Position numbers and translations under genes: made by a program. A stretch of 63,817 bases of DNA, counting the filler, from Octopus bimaculoides (taxonomy: Eukaryota): assembly GCF_001194135.2 (NCBI RefSeq). It is 8 parts of 8 records of this genome, joined end to end, with 100 filler letters (N's around TTAATTAATTAA, not from the genome) between each part and the next. Parts side by side here need not be neighbours in the genome. Positions count along the whole stretch, not along the records: positions 37,761 to 44,118 come from NC_069005.1; positions 44,219 to 54,329 come from NC_068990.1; 6 more parts are not named here. One strand, given 5' to 3'. Shown here piece after piece: positions 38,891 to 51,745 of this stretch. Under the pieces are notes generated by a model. The model did not search any database. It saw nothing but the letters and a program-made list of their open reading frames with translations, and was not told where the DNA came from. Each line of letters begins with the position of its first letter. Positions within the stretch are counted from its first letter, which is position 1.

Positions 38891-39119
38891 TTCTGGGGCC
38901 TCATCAGATCATTTCTAAAATCCTGATGCCCCCTTGTGATATTTAATTCTTGTTATTCAGAATTTGGTTTACAATATTACCCAGAAACAAAAGAAAGGAA
39001 ATAGTGCAATGGGTGTAAAAAAAATGTGTAGGAATCACAAACAATATGCATTTGTAATTAATTACCTACATACATTGTAAGCACTTAAAATTGTAATAGT
39101 TTTTTTGTTTTTTTTTTCT

Positions 39120-40764
39120 TTTATTCCTTTATTCTTTTACTTGTTTCAGTCCTTTGATTATGACCAAGCTGGAGCTCCGCCTCAAAAGGGCTTTGGTTGA
39201 ACAATCAACCCCAGGACTAAATTTTTTAGTCTCTCAGTCTCTTTCACTAAACTGCTGAGTTGCAGGGGACGTAAACACACTGGCATCGGTTGTCAAGCAG
39301 TGATGGGGCGATATTCAAAGACAAACACATACACACACACACACNNNNNNNNNNNNNNNNNNNNNNNNNNNNNNNNNNNNNNNNNNNNNNNNNNNNNNNN
39401 NNNNNNNNNNNNNNNNNNNNNNNNNNNNNNNNNNNNNNNNNNNNCAATTTTCGTTGTTTCGTTCTTCGATCGTTCGTTCGCTCGTTCTTACGTAAGCTCG
39501 TTCGTTCGTACGTACGTACGTTTGTCGTTCCTTCGTTAGTTTTTTCGTTCGTTCTCTCGTTCCTTCGGAGGTACGTACGTACTTTTGTTCGTTCATTCCT
39601 TCGTCCGTTCGTTCGTACGTACGTACGTTCTTTCGTAATACGTACGTACATACGTNNNNNNNNNNNNNNNNNNNNNNNNNNNNNNNNNNNNNNNNNNNNN
39701 NNNNNNNNNNNNNNNNNNNNNNNNNNNNNNNNNNNNNNNNNNNNNNNNNNNNNNNNNNNNNNNNNNNNNNNNNNNNNNNNNNNNNNNNNNNNNNNNNNNN
39801 NNNNNNNNNNNNNNNNNNNNNNNNNNNNNNNNNNNNNNNNNNNNNNNNNNNNNNNNNNNNNNNNNNNNNNNNNNNNNNNNNNNNNNNNNNNNNNNNNNNN
39901 NNNNNNNNNNNNNNNNNNNNNNNNNNNNNNNNNNNNNNNNNNNNNNNNNNNNNNNNNNNNNNNNNNNNNNNNNNNNNNNNNNNNNNNNNNNNNNNNNNNA
40001 ATCGTTCATTCGTACGTATGAACGTACGTTCAATTTTCGTTGTTTCGTTCTTCGATCGTTCGTTCGCTCGTTCTTACGTAAGCTCGTTCGTTCGTACGTA
40101 CGGACGTATGTAGAAGCTTTCGTTCCTCCGTACATACGTTCGTTCGTTCGATCTTTCGTACGTACGTACGTACGTGTATAGGTACGTTCGTTTCCTCATT
40201 CGTTCTTTCTTTCATTCGTACCTACGTTCGTTCGTTCATTCGTTCTTTCTTGTGTTACTTCGATCGTTCACTCATTTGTTCGTTCGTTCTTTCATACGTA
40301 CGTACTTACGAACGTACATCCGTACGTACGTTTGTTCGCTCGTTCTTTCGTGCCTACGATCGTACGTTCGTTCGTTGTTTCGTTCATGAGTATATACGTA
40401 CGTAATTCGTTCGTTTATTGTTACTTACGTACGTACGTTTGTTCGTTGGTTCACTCGGTCGTTCGTTAGTTCTTTTGTTTGTTTGTTCATTCTTTAGTTA
40501 GTTAGTTCGTACGTACGTATGTACGTTCGTTTGTTCATTCGTTTGCTCCTTCGTATGTACGTACGTACATAAGATCGTTCGTACGTACGTACTTACGCAC
40601 GTTCGTCCTTTAGTTCGTTTCTTCGATCGTTCGTTCGTACACACTTTCGTTCATTCGTACGTTGTTTCGTTCTTACGTTGGTTCGTACGTTCTTACGTTG
40701 GTTCGTTCGTTCATTCGTTCATTAGTACGTATGAACGAACGTACAAACGTACGTTCGTTTGTTC

Positions 40765-40797
<33 letters not shown>

Positions 40798-40910
40798 ACG
40801 AACGTACGTAAGAACAAACGAACGTACGTTTGTTCATACGTACAGGCTTCTTTCAGTTTTCATCTACTAAATCCACTCGCAAGGCTTTGGTCAGCCTAAG
40901 GCTATAGTCT
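39120..40910 (-). mobile_element. SINE family A copy whose internal microsatellite slot holds a CG-rich satellite
   Basis: Tail half at 39120-39344 and core half at 40843-40910, same strand and correct order around the satellite. Confidence 0.65.
39445..40842. repeat. Degenerate (CGTT/CGTA)n tetranucleotide satellite, CpG-rich
   Basis: About 1 kb of sequenced ttcg/tacg units. A ~75-bp block at 39445 recurs near-identically at 40031. Terminal inverted block at 40726-40842. Confidence 0.9.
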
Positions 40911-41344
40911 ACTCCTTTCCAGGAACACTATCCTTGGTGTTTATAAAAATTTGAAATTACTTATAAATAAAATATTTACTCCTCGCACTCCACTGCTCTT
41001 GTAATTCCTTGGGAGATTTACAGATTGAAGCCCTCTCCCCGTGCATTAAATCCCTACTTACTAATTAATGTCTATCTACAAAGGCATCTAAACAGGTCCC
41101 CAATTTGGGATTAATTACTGAGCTGCGATGAGATAGTTTTTGTTTTTTATCTTTAGTTATGATCGATTTAAATATCTCTTAATTTATTACATTATTGTTG
41201 GGTGTCTTGATGGTCTCGTGGGTAGAGACATAATTAGACAGCCACATTGAACATCCTGGGCAGGGTTCAATCCTGCCCAGAGCCTGCATTAAGGTGTCTT
41301 ACTAAAATTTTTCATTTTTTTTTATCACTAGAGATAAAAAAATG

Positions 41345-42240
41345 AAAATGTTTAATAAGACCCCCTGTAATTCCTGGCAGAGATTAGAAACCTCTGCTTG
41401 TGTCTTGTTACTACTTCTAAACACCCTTACCTACTGGGCCACCAAAGCAGCAACAACTTTTATGAGAAAATTAAGATACTTAAATTTATTTCAAATATTG
41501 TATTTACTATAAATATATGAGGGAGATCTGATTACTATGTGAAAGCTGCCTTATAGGCCCCTTCTTTGCACACACCTACACACACAATATTTTTGGTGAG
41601 TGAAATTTGGTTGCTTAAATAAAAGTATTTAATAATGTCTTTTGTAATTTCTGGCAGAGATTTGAAACCTCCACTTCTAAACATCCTGACCTGTTAGGCC
41701 ACCAAAGCAACAACAATTCTACTGTGAAAATGAAGATATTTAAATTTATTTCAATTACTGGGCTTACTACAAAGAGTTGAATGAGATTTGGTTACTATGT
41801 CAAGGCTGTTTTTGACTCCCTTCTTCACACACAATCTTTTTGTTGATGAAAATTTGGTTGCTTAGATAAAAATATTTAATAAGACATCTTGTAATTTCAG
41901 GCAGAGACTTGAAACCTTCACTAGAGTATTTTATTATTATTTCTAAACATCCTTACCTATTGGGCCATCAAAGCAATAACAATTTTTATGAGAAAATTAA
42001 GATATTAAAATTTATTTCAATTATTGGGTTTACTATAAAGATTTGAAGGAGATTTGGTTACTATGTCAAAGCTGCTTTGTGGCCCCTTTTTCACACAGAC
42101 AATCTTTTTGCTGAGGGAAATATTACCACTTTGCAACACGCATACCTACTAAGCTACCAAATCATCAATAATTTTAATAAAATAAAGATATCTAAATTTA
42201 TTTCAATTAATGGAATTACCATGAAGATATGATGGCAATT
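41345..42240. repeat. Diverged tandem repeat, about 3.5 copies of a ~250-275 bp unit
   Basis: Recurring tttaataag..tgtaatt.c.ggcagaga.t.gaaacct..caccaaagca..aaatttatttcaa starting near 41351, 41628 and 41875, plus a partial copy near 42130. Confidence 0.85.
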
Positions 42241-42659
42241 TGATTACTCTTTTATTAATTTTCCACTTTAGAGACATCAAATCTTCCATTAATTTTCCAC
42301 TTTAGAGACTGGTTGAAAGGATTTTGTAAAGATCTGATGTCTCTAAAGTGTCAAATTTGATAAAATTGTTCACAGAAGGGATGTAAAGAATTTTTTTTTA
42401 AATAACTTATTTTCGAATGGCTCCCTTTCTCTTTATTGGTATACTAGACATTAGCATGACCTACCAAAATATTACCATGCTCCACTGGTGGAGGATGCTG
42501 GTTCAAAAACTAAGCTACCCAGGCATTCCAAATTGTCCCTTGGTAACGGGAAACTGTGTCCTACCTTCAGCAAGTTGCCTGAACTGGATTTCCAAATACC
42601 CCAGCATCAGTCCATATTACATTCCTCTCTCATTTAACCATTATCAGCATTGTTTTAAT

Positions 42660-42815
42660 GCCTCCATTTCTGTGCTGGTATCACATAAAAAGCATCCAGT
42701 ACACACTGAAGTGGTTGGTGTTAGGAAGAGCATCCACCTGTAAAAACTTTGCCAGCATTGGTGAAACGATCCAACCCATACCAGCATGGAAGATGGATGG
42801 TAAATAATGATGATT
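42660..42815 (+). mobile_element. RTE-related 3' end fragment
   Basis: ctggtatcacataaaaagcatcc..ttaggaagagcatccacctgtaaaa..aatgatgat. Confidence 0.5.
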
Positions 42816-43244
42816 TTCTTACCTACATAAGTCAGATGGAATATGTTGAGGCCGATTTTCTAGTCAGATGTCCTTGCTATTGTCAAGCAAGGTAATATTT
42901 CCCCATGGCTACACATGGTTAAGTTATTGCACATGAGACCCTTACACATTTATATATCTAGAACCATGATGGCATGGGTTGGACGGTTTGACATGAACAG
43001 ATGAGCCAGAAGGCTGCATCTGAACTCCAGTGTCTGCCCTGAAATGGTTCCTACAGCTGAACAGCCCTTCCTAATACCACCATTTCACAGTGTAATTGGT
43101 TCTTTGGTGGGGGTCTATGTGTTGAGGGATATGAAGGTATGGTAACTGGTGTTTGGGATATGTTTTATAAACAAAACTCGAGTTTAAATCCTTCTAAGGT
43201 CAGCATTACCTTTCATCCTTTCGGGGTCAATTGAACTACAGAGA

Positions 43245-43922
43245 CACTGAGCATGCATCAGCAAGCTTATGGCAACGAGGCAATGGGTCGTATGCAAGGT
43301 TTTGACTGGCATGGGCACTTCGAAAACAAGAACATCCTTGAAAGATGATAAAGCAATCTGTAGGACCTTCCACAAGTGTCACCCCTGGAAATGGGGTGGG
43401 GGGTGGTGGTATTGTGCATCAAAAATTCATCCCCCAGGGCCAGACCATTAATTGAGAATTCTACTGTGACATTTTGAGGCATTTGAGGGAGGGTATTCAG
43501 AGAAAGTGACCAGATCTGATTTGTGGAGTGCAAGGAATTAAATTCTTCACAGTGACAATGCATCCTGTTACAAAGCTCTCCTCACATGCCAGTCTCACTA
43601 AAAACAACAAGTTATCACTTCTGCACTTCCCGTATCTGCCAGAGGAAGTGCACAGGTGCACTTCCATCTCTTCCCCAAGATGAAAATGCAGCTGAAAGGT
43701 CGCTGTTTTAACATCATTGTGAAGATCAAGAGTGAATCACAAGGTCCTCAACTCGCTTATGGAAAACAACTTCCAGGACAGATTCCAAAAGTGGCAAGAG
43801 TGCTGGAATTGGTGTATTGCTGTGCAAGGTAAGTATTTTGATGGAGATGATGTTAAAACTAAGGTAAATAAGTTATTTTTGATTAAACATAACTAGTCCA
43901 GGAACATTTTAATAACACCTCG
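43245..43922 (+). mobile_element. mariner transposase remnant, internally deleted
   Basis: Decayed QQAYGNEAMGRMQGFDW (HTH), VHQKFIPQGQTIN.EFYCDILRHLRE, ILHSDNAS, FHLFPKMKMQLKGR, YFDGD; mariner-like end (aacattttaataacacctcg). Confidence 0.8.
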
Positions 43923-43934
43923 CAAATAAAATAA

Positions 43935-44100
43935 TTACAGGCGGCTGTGTGGTAAGTAGCTTGCTTACCAACCACATGGTTCTGGGTTCAGTCCCACTGT
44001 GTGGCACCTTGGGCAAGTGTCTTCTACTATAGCCTCGGGTCAACCAAAGCCTTGTGAGTGGATTTGGTAGACGGAAACTGAAAGAAGCCCATCATATATA
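43935..44100 (+). mobile_element. SINE family A, 5' half (ends in microsatellite and gap)
   Basis: ggctgtgtggtaagtagcttgc..gaaactgaaagaagccc. Confidence 0.85.
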
Positions 44101-44609
44101 TATATATATATATATATANNNNNNNNNNNNNNNNNNNNNNNNNNNNNNNNNNNNNNNNNNNNTTAATTAATTAANNNNNNNNNNNNNNNNNNNNNNNNNN
44201 NNNNNNNNNNNNNNNNNNAGTAAGGGGAGAGGGTTGCTAACACATCACCCTTTACTCATCCACATCTTTACCATATGGGGCCCTAACAAAATCCGATAAT
44301 AGATGTAGATGCAAATCTATCTAATTACTTGTCTCCTTCTAAAATCAGGCATAACTTGGCGATCGGTCGACTTACAACACCGTTCTTCGTCTTGAGTTTA
44401 CTTGGTAGAGTGTGTTTGTTAACTGGACAACAAGGCCAAAGTGAGCTCTGATTGGCTGTATGCAAATGAGTTCATTACTAGGGTCCAGAACTCTCGTAGG
44501 AAAGAAATTGCACCCGGGAAAGCTCCCTACACAACGCCGAGTGTTAAAGAACACCTGAATGTCACAGACCAGGCAAGATAGCTCGTCTCGAACTCACCGA
44601 GAATGGTAG

Positions 44610-44849
44610 ATTCTTTTATTCTTTTGTTCTTTTACTTGTTTCAGTCACTTGACTGTGGCCATGCTGGGGTACCTCCCGAAAGGCATTTAATCAAAGAAAT
44701 CGCCCCCGAGACTTATTCTTTCTTAGCCTAGTACTTATTCTATCGGTCTCTTTTGCCGAACCGTTAAGTTACGGGATGTAAACACACCAACATCGGTTTT
44801 CAAGCGATGGTGGAGGTAAAACACAGACACGAAGCCACGCGCACGCACG

Positions 44850-44880
<31 letters not shown>
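44610..44880 (-). mobile_element. SINE family A, 3' half
   Basis: ttttacttgtttcagtca..cctagtacttattctatcggtctcttttgccgaaccg. Confidence 0.8.
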
Positions 44881-44898
<18 letters not shown>

Positions 44899-45355
44899 NN
44901 NNNNNNNNNNNNNNNNNNNNNNNNNNNNNNNNNNNNNNNNNNNNNNNNNNNNNNNNNNNNNNNNNNNNNNNNNNNNNNNNNNNNNNNNNNNNNNNNNNNN
45001 NNNNNNNNNNNNNNNNNNNNNNNNNNNNNNNNNNNNNNNNNNNNNNNNNNNNNNNNNNNNNNNNNNNNNNNNNNNNNNNNNNNNNNNNNNNNNNNNNNNN
45101 NNNNNNNNNNNNNNNNNNNNNNNNNNNNNNNNNNNNNNNNNNNNNNNNNNNNNNNNNNNNNNNNNNNNNNNNNNNNNNNNNNNNNNNNNNNNNNNNNNNN
45201 NNNNNNNNNNNNNNNNNNNNNNNNNNNNNNNNNNNNNNNNNNNNNNNNNNNNNNNNNNNNNNNNNNNNNNNNNNNNNNNNNNNNNNNNTAGAGTGTGTGT
45301 TTTGTTTATGTACCAAATTTGCTGCGGTATAGCGTTCTGGGAAAGCTCCCCAAAA

Positions 45356-45652
45356 CAGGAGTTTTCAAACTGTGGTCCGCGGACCACAGGGGGTCCGCAA
45401 GGACGAGACAGGGGGTCCGTGGACAGCAAATACTTTTTATGGGCAATTTGATTTTATATATGTTTTTTAATCGAAATCTTTTCATTGACAATAAACCTAT
45501 TTGTTAAATACTGTTAAATAAATAAATGTAAAAATATATGTTATTTTAAGCAAATATTTATGTATAAATTTCATAAGCGTTTATAAGGGGGTCCCTAAGG
45601 TAAAGCCTGAAATATAAAGGGGTCCGCAAGTCAAAAAGTTTGAAAACCTCTG
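45356..45652. mobile_element. hAT-type MITE with perfect 8-bp target duplication
   Basis: TIRs caggagttttcaaact / agtttgaaaacctctg; TSD ccccaaaa at 45348-45355 and 45653-45660. Confidence 0.9.
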
Positions 45653-45749
45653 CCCCAAAAGACGCCGAGTGTTATATTGAATTAAACATTCTACCAATGG
45701 TTCTAAGATCCCTATTTTTTTCCCCGTCTGCTTACAGAAAAAGCAGACA

Positions 45750-45941
45750 TGGTTGTTTGGTAAGAAGAATAGGCGCAAGCGTTGGCTGTGTATTAAGACA
45801 TTTGCTTCCCAACCATATGGTTTCAGGTATAGTCCCTCTATGTGATTCTTTGAACAAGCGCCATCTAGTATAGCCCTGCGCCAACCAAGGCCTTATGAGT
45901 GGATTTAATAGACGGAAGCTGAAAGGAGCCCGTCGTGAGTA

Positions 45942-45996
<55 letters not shown>

Positions 45997-46180
45997 ATCT
46001 GTCCCTTATTGCATGGTGGCTGCTCAAAGTCCCTTTACGTCCCCATAGAATAGCAGTTCGATAGAATACAAGACTAATTAAATAGATATTGGTGATCGAT
46101 TTATTCGTCTAAAACCTTTTCAAAACCATGCCCCGACATGGCTACCGCTTAATGATTGAAAGAAGTAAAAGATAAAAGAT
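45750..46180 (+). mobile_element. SINE family A copy, diverged
   Basis: Head, core, (TG)n and tail in order. Confidence 0.75.
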
Positions 46181-46201
46181 TGCAGCCCTCTGTCACCCGA
46201 C

Positions 46202-46267
<66 letters not shown>

Positions 46268-46424
46268 CATTTATCGCTCACTCTCTTTCTAACTCTCTCT
46301 CTCTGTCTATATATATTTGTGTGTGTGTGTGTGTGTATGCGTGTGTTTGCGTGTGTGTGTGCGTGCGTGTATGTGTGCATGTGTGTGTATGTATGTATGT
46401 GTGCGTGTCGGTGTACAGAGTGGG

Positions 46425-47215
46425 GTGAATAAACTGTCGTCTAAATTACACAAAAATGAAAATAACACTGATATCTCATTTTATCAGATATACTTACCAA
46501 AATTGCATAAATATATCTTCAAATACTAAAGAGTAAATTTATTCAATAAAATCACCATTGGCTTCAACCACAGCCTCCAGACGACTTCAGAATCTTCTGC
46601 TACTCTTCTGAACGGTCTCCTTGTTTAAGTTGGTGAATGTTGCCATAATTCTTGCCTTCAGTTCATCTTTGGTGTTACAAGGAGATTTTGTTAGTCTCTC
46701 GCACAACTGTGCCACACACATAATAATCAAAGGTGTTGCAGTCTAGGGAATTAAGTAACCAGATGTTAGGGGTGGTGTGGTCACAGAACTTGTCTGACAG
46801 CAATGACTGGGTTCTCTTGCTTGTATGGCATGGTGCAGAGTCCTGTTGCTAGACATAGGATCTTCCATCAGCCATCCTCTTGACCCAGAGCAGCACTACC
46901 TCCTCCAGGCACTTGATGTAGGCTTCCGTGCTGAGTGTGCAGCTGTGTAAGAAGATGAATGGAAGCATAACGTTGCAGTCACTAGTGATCACTCCTAACA
47001 TCATGATGTTGACCGGATGTTTAATTTTTATCACTCTCGGTACATGTCTTCAGATTGACACCCAACTACTTTGAAATGTTCGTATTGGAGCTTCCGGCAC
47101 GAATCCCAAGCAGCACAGCATGTCATTTCCAAATTTCTGGTAGAGTAAAATGCGTCATGGTAGTGTTTTTCTCACAGACGGTGCTCTGCTGTCTCTACTA
47201 TACTGTGTAGTCGGC
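46425..47215 (-). mobile_element. maT/DD37D-like deletion derivative, copy 2
   Basis: IKIKHPVNIMMLGVITSDCNVMLPFIFLHSCTLSTEAYIKCLEEVVLLWVKRMADGRSYV; 5' end homologous to 12985-13200. Confidence 0.8.
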
Positions 47216-48259
47216 AAAATCAAAAACAAACAATGCGCATACGCGAAATCAAAGATATATAATGGAGACAATTTACCCATTACACCCTAAAGAGAGAGAG
47301 AGAGACAGAGAGAGACAGAGAGAGACAGAGACAGGCAGATAGACAGATAGACAGGTAGCTTGATAGATTGATAGATCTATATATACATACATACATACAT
47401 ACATACATACATACATACATACATACATAATTGCGTCTTCTACATCAGAAGTGCAGGCGTAGAGGTCTGTTTAAAATTTCTTTTTCAAAGTTCCCTTCTA
47501 CATTTATGCCAACTCTTCCAGCCTAAATCAATAACTGCTTTCAGACTTAATAGATGTCATAAAGTTCCATTTTTTCCCCCTTTAATCAGAAATTGAAGCA
47601 TTTTTCTAGCGCTGTCTCGCCGTTACTCAGAGTTAGACATTTCCCAAAGACGCTAAATCGCATACAGATGTGCTTCTGAAGGATATAATAATGGAAATGC
47701 GCAAAATTCTTGGTATTAAATAAATGTCCATTTTAGATTAAATTTAACACTTTATTGTATAAAGAAGCAGTAACTGATTCATACTTAAAATTTAAATAGT
47801 CAATGCTTCTAGCAAGATTTAACTTATTATTTAAAAATTGTCATCATCGCATTGCCTGTCATTTTGTTATTAGCAATGTAGAAACATATTTTGTACAATT
47901 GTTTTTGGATTGTTACAAAGATCCACTGGATTCTTCTTTGACTCCAGGATCATTTATAACACAACCCAACAAGTATTTTGTTGTCAGGATGTTTTTACCA
48001 AATTTGAATTATTATTGTTGTTGTTGTTGCTGTTGTTGTTGTTGTTGTTGTTGTTGTTGCTGTTTTTGTTGTTGTTGTTGTTGTACTTCTCAGAACGTTT
48101 CAGTCTTGTTTGTGCCGGTAGATTCTGTAAGAGCCGTACAGCAGCCTGCAGTCAGAGGACTCACAGGGTCCCTTTCCACGCATTATAAGCTTTGATACTT
48201 GGTTGTTAATTATTGTGGAAGACGTTCAACATCCAAGAATCAATCTCAAAATCCTGGCT

Positions 48260-48750
<491 letters not shown>

Positions 48751-48859
48751 TTATTTGGTATGCTGAATCCAAAAATGGAATCAATTTTTACCATCACGTC
48801 TAGTTACCAAGATACCCAAACCCACCAATTTTCGCAATTTTCTTCATTTTTTTAAGAAA

Positions 48860-49600
48860 AATGCATTGTTTACGTGTAAAATATCCATGCTATTTAAGTA
48901 TATGGGACAGCAGAGTCAGAGAAAAACGTTGGGTGATCAAAGAATGGCGGCATCGAAAATTTTGGTTCCAGGTTCTTTTAATGTGCTTGAAGAACCTTTA
49001 AGTTCAAACAGGAAAAAATCATCTTACCTCTGCTTCATTTCAAACTTGACATTACGAAGCAGTTTTTAAAAGCAATGGGTAAAGATGAGCAGTGCTTTAT
49101 ATATGCAGCACATTTCCCGGTCTGAGCAGTGAAAAGATAAAAGCTGGAGAATTTGATGGGCCTCAAATCAGAAAATTGATGTAAGATGGAGATCTTGTGT
49201 ATTCAATGAATTGCATTGAAGCAACAACATGGAATTCATTTATAATAAGTTGTAAATGAATTTCTGGACAGCAAAAACACGTCCAACTATGCCGAAATAG
49301 TCAACAATATGCTGCAGGAGTTTCGTACGTTGGGAGCAAATATGAGCATAAAGCTGCATTATTTCCACAGTCACGTTGATAAATTCCCTAAAAGTCTTGG
49401 TAACACAAATGATGAGCAAGGAGAGCGTTTGCATCAGCAAATAAAATCAATGGAACAAAAGTATCAAGACAGAAGGGAGTTGCATATAATGCCGGACTAT
49501 TGCTGGAACTTGGCAATGATCTTGAGATACAGCACTCAAGAAAATTATTCAAACGAATATTCATAGGAAATTAGGCATAAACAATGATCATCTGAACAGG
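48860..49600 (+). mobile_element. Chapaev3-like (CMC) DNA transposase remnant
   Basis: KIILPLLHFKL..KQFLKAMGKD..FPGLSSEKIKAGEFDGPQIRKL..NMSIKLHYFHSHVDKFP..DEQGERLHQQIKSMEQKYQ..DYCWN, matching remembered Chapaev3 motifs; stops and frameshifts present. Confidence 0.7.
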
Positions 49601-51534
49601 TTTTAAAATTTTTATTCGTTTTTCAGTAGAATTTTAAGAAAACATCCTGGTTTTGTTGAAAAACAAATTTTTATGTAAATTTGTATGTGATGCCTTGTTC
49701 CTCAGAAGCTGTTTCATTGAAAATGTGCTGGAATTTTCTGGATTCAGTATCTTAAAATCTTGACGAGATAGTAATATGTGGATGTCACTTTTGAATTCTG
49801 TGTGTCAAATATACCCTATTTCAGACCCAAATCTTTTGACAACAGATTCATTTTTCTGCTGTTGGCCTGTGTAATTGTTCATTAAGAGTCTAGGAATGGA
49901 AAGGGCTGAAGCGTAAATATTGTCTTAGTTTCATGATTAATTTTTTTTGTTTTTGCTTTATTTTGGCTAATTTGGCACGAACATCATCATAATAGAATGT
50001 TGTCGATTTGAAAATGACGATAAAGCAGCCATGGGCAAACTGCGGCCTGCGTAAAATTACCTTGGCTTTTTTTAGTAATGCAGTCTGCATGATGAGCCAT
50101 GCGGCCTGCTTCTCGTAAAAGGTTGTCCTTGCCTATTATAAAGGAAAAATGATTGTTTTGGAATAATCTCGTGTGAAATGTTGTTGTATAGTCACAGATC
50201 AGCAACCCTAAACGTACATGCCAATGATCAAAAGTGCTTTAGTCGTGAATATCCTGCTTTTTTTTTTGCAGGTTGTGTATAAGTGTCATATTGCTCAATG
50301 TGACTTACTTGCTATTTCTAGCATTTCGATCGAATGCGAAGATGCTCTCTTGCAAGCTCGAGCCGTCATGTTAACTGAGGCTCATTTTATATTGTCCAGT
50401 ACCTTGACACAGGAAGCAACCTGAAGCATAGAAGGATGGGGTCAAAAGAATTCAGTTGTTCCCTCAGGATCGGAGTGCTAATAGATGCAAGATTTCCTTT
50501 GCCTTCTCATACAAGTCGATTAACTTGACCCCGTTAAAAGTGCATTTACCTCTGAAAACACCTGGCTGCATCACCGGAAGCAACCAAACATTACTGTGCT
50601 ATCAACTCCAAAAATTCGCAATATTTATTATCTTTTCTCATTTGACGACGCAGTCAACTACGATAACCACATGGATGAAGGAAATGTGATTAACCAAAAC
50701 AAATAGCATTTTGTAAAAGAAATTCATCTTGCTTTGTACAGTTCTGTGAATTGCTTTTAAACTAATAATGGATAGAAATTTTGGCACAAGGCCAGAAATT
50801 NNNNNNNNNNNNNNNNNNNNNNNNNNNNNNNNNNNNNNNNNNNNNNNNNNNNNNNNNNNNNNNNNNNNNNNNNNNNNNNNNNNNNNNNNNNNNNNNNNNN
50901 NNNNNNNNNNNNNNNNNNNNNNNNNNNNNNNNNNNNNNNNNNNNNNNNNNNNNNNNNNNNNNNNNNNNNNNNNNNNNNNNNNNNNNNNNNNNNNNNNNNN
51001 NNNNNNNNNNNNNNNNNNNNNNNNNNNNNNNNNNNNNNNNNNNNNNNNNNNNNNNNNNNNNNNNNNNNNNNNNNNNNNNNNNNNNNNNNNNNNNNNNNNN
51101 NNNNNNNNNNNNNNNNNNNNNNNNNNNNNNNNNNNNNNNNNNNNNNNNNNNNNNNNNNNNNNNNNNNNNNNNNNNNNNNNNNNNNNNNNNNNNNNNNNNN
51201 NNNNNNNNNNNNNNNNNNNNNNNNNNNNNNNNNNNNNNNNNNNNNNNNNNNNNNNNNNNNNNNNNNNNNNNNNNNNNNNNNNNNNNNNNNNNNNNNNNNN
51301 NNNNNNNNNNNNNNNNNNNNNNNNNNNNNNNNNNNNNNNNNNNNNNNNNNNNNNNNNNNNNNNNNNNNNNNNNNNNNNNNNNNNNNNNNNNNNNNNNNNN
51401 NNNNNNNNNNNNNNNNNNNNNNNNNNNNNNNNNNNNNNNNNNNNNNNNNNNNNNNNNNNNNNNNNNNNNNNNNNNNNNNNNNNNNNNNNNNNNNNNNNNN
51501 NNNNNNNNNNAATAATAATAATAATAATAATAAT

Positions 51535-51745
51535 CATTTCTACTAAAGGCACAAGGCCCGAAATTTTGGGGGAGGGGAGTAGTCAAGTACATCGACCCCA
51601 TTGCTTAACTGGGACTTATTTTATCGATCCGAAAAGGAAGAAAAGCATAGTTGACCTCGGTGGGATTTGAACTCAGAACGTAAAGACGGATGAAATGCGG
51701 TTATGCATTATGCTCGGCGTGCTGATGATTCTGAAAGCTCGCTGC
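51535..51745 (-). mobile_element. SINE family B copy
   Basis: ggcacaaggcccgaaatttt..ttgaactcagaacgtaaagacg..aaagctcgc. Confidence 0.8.
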
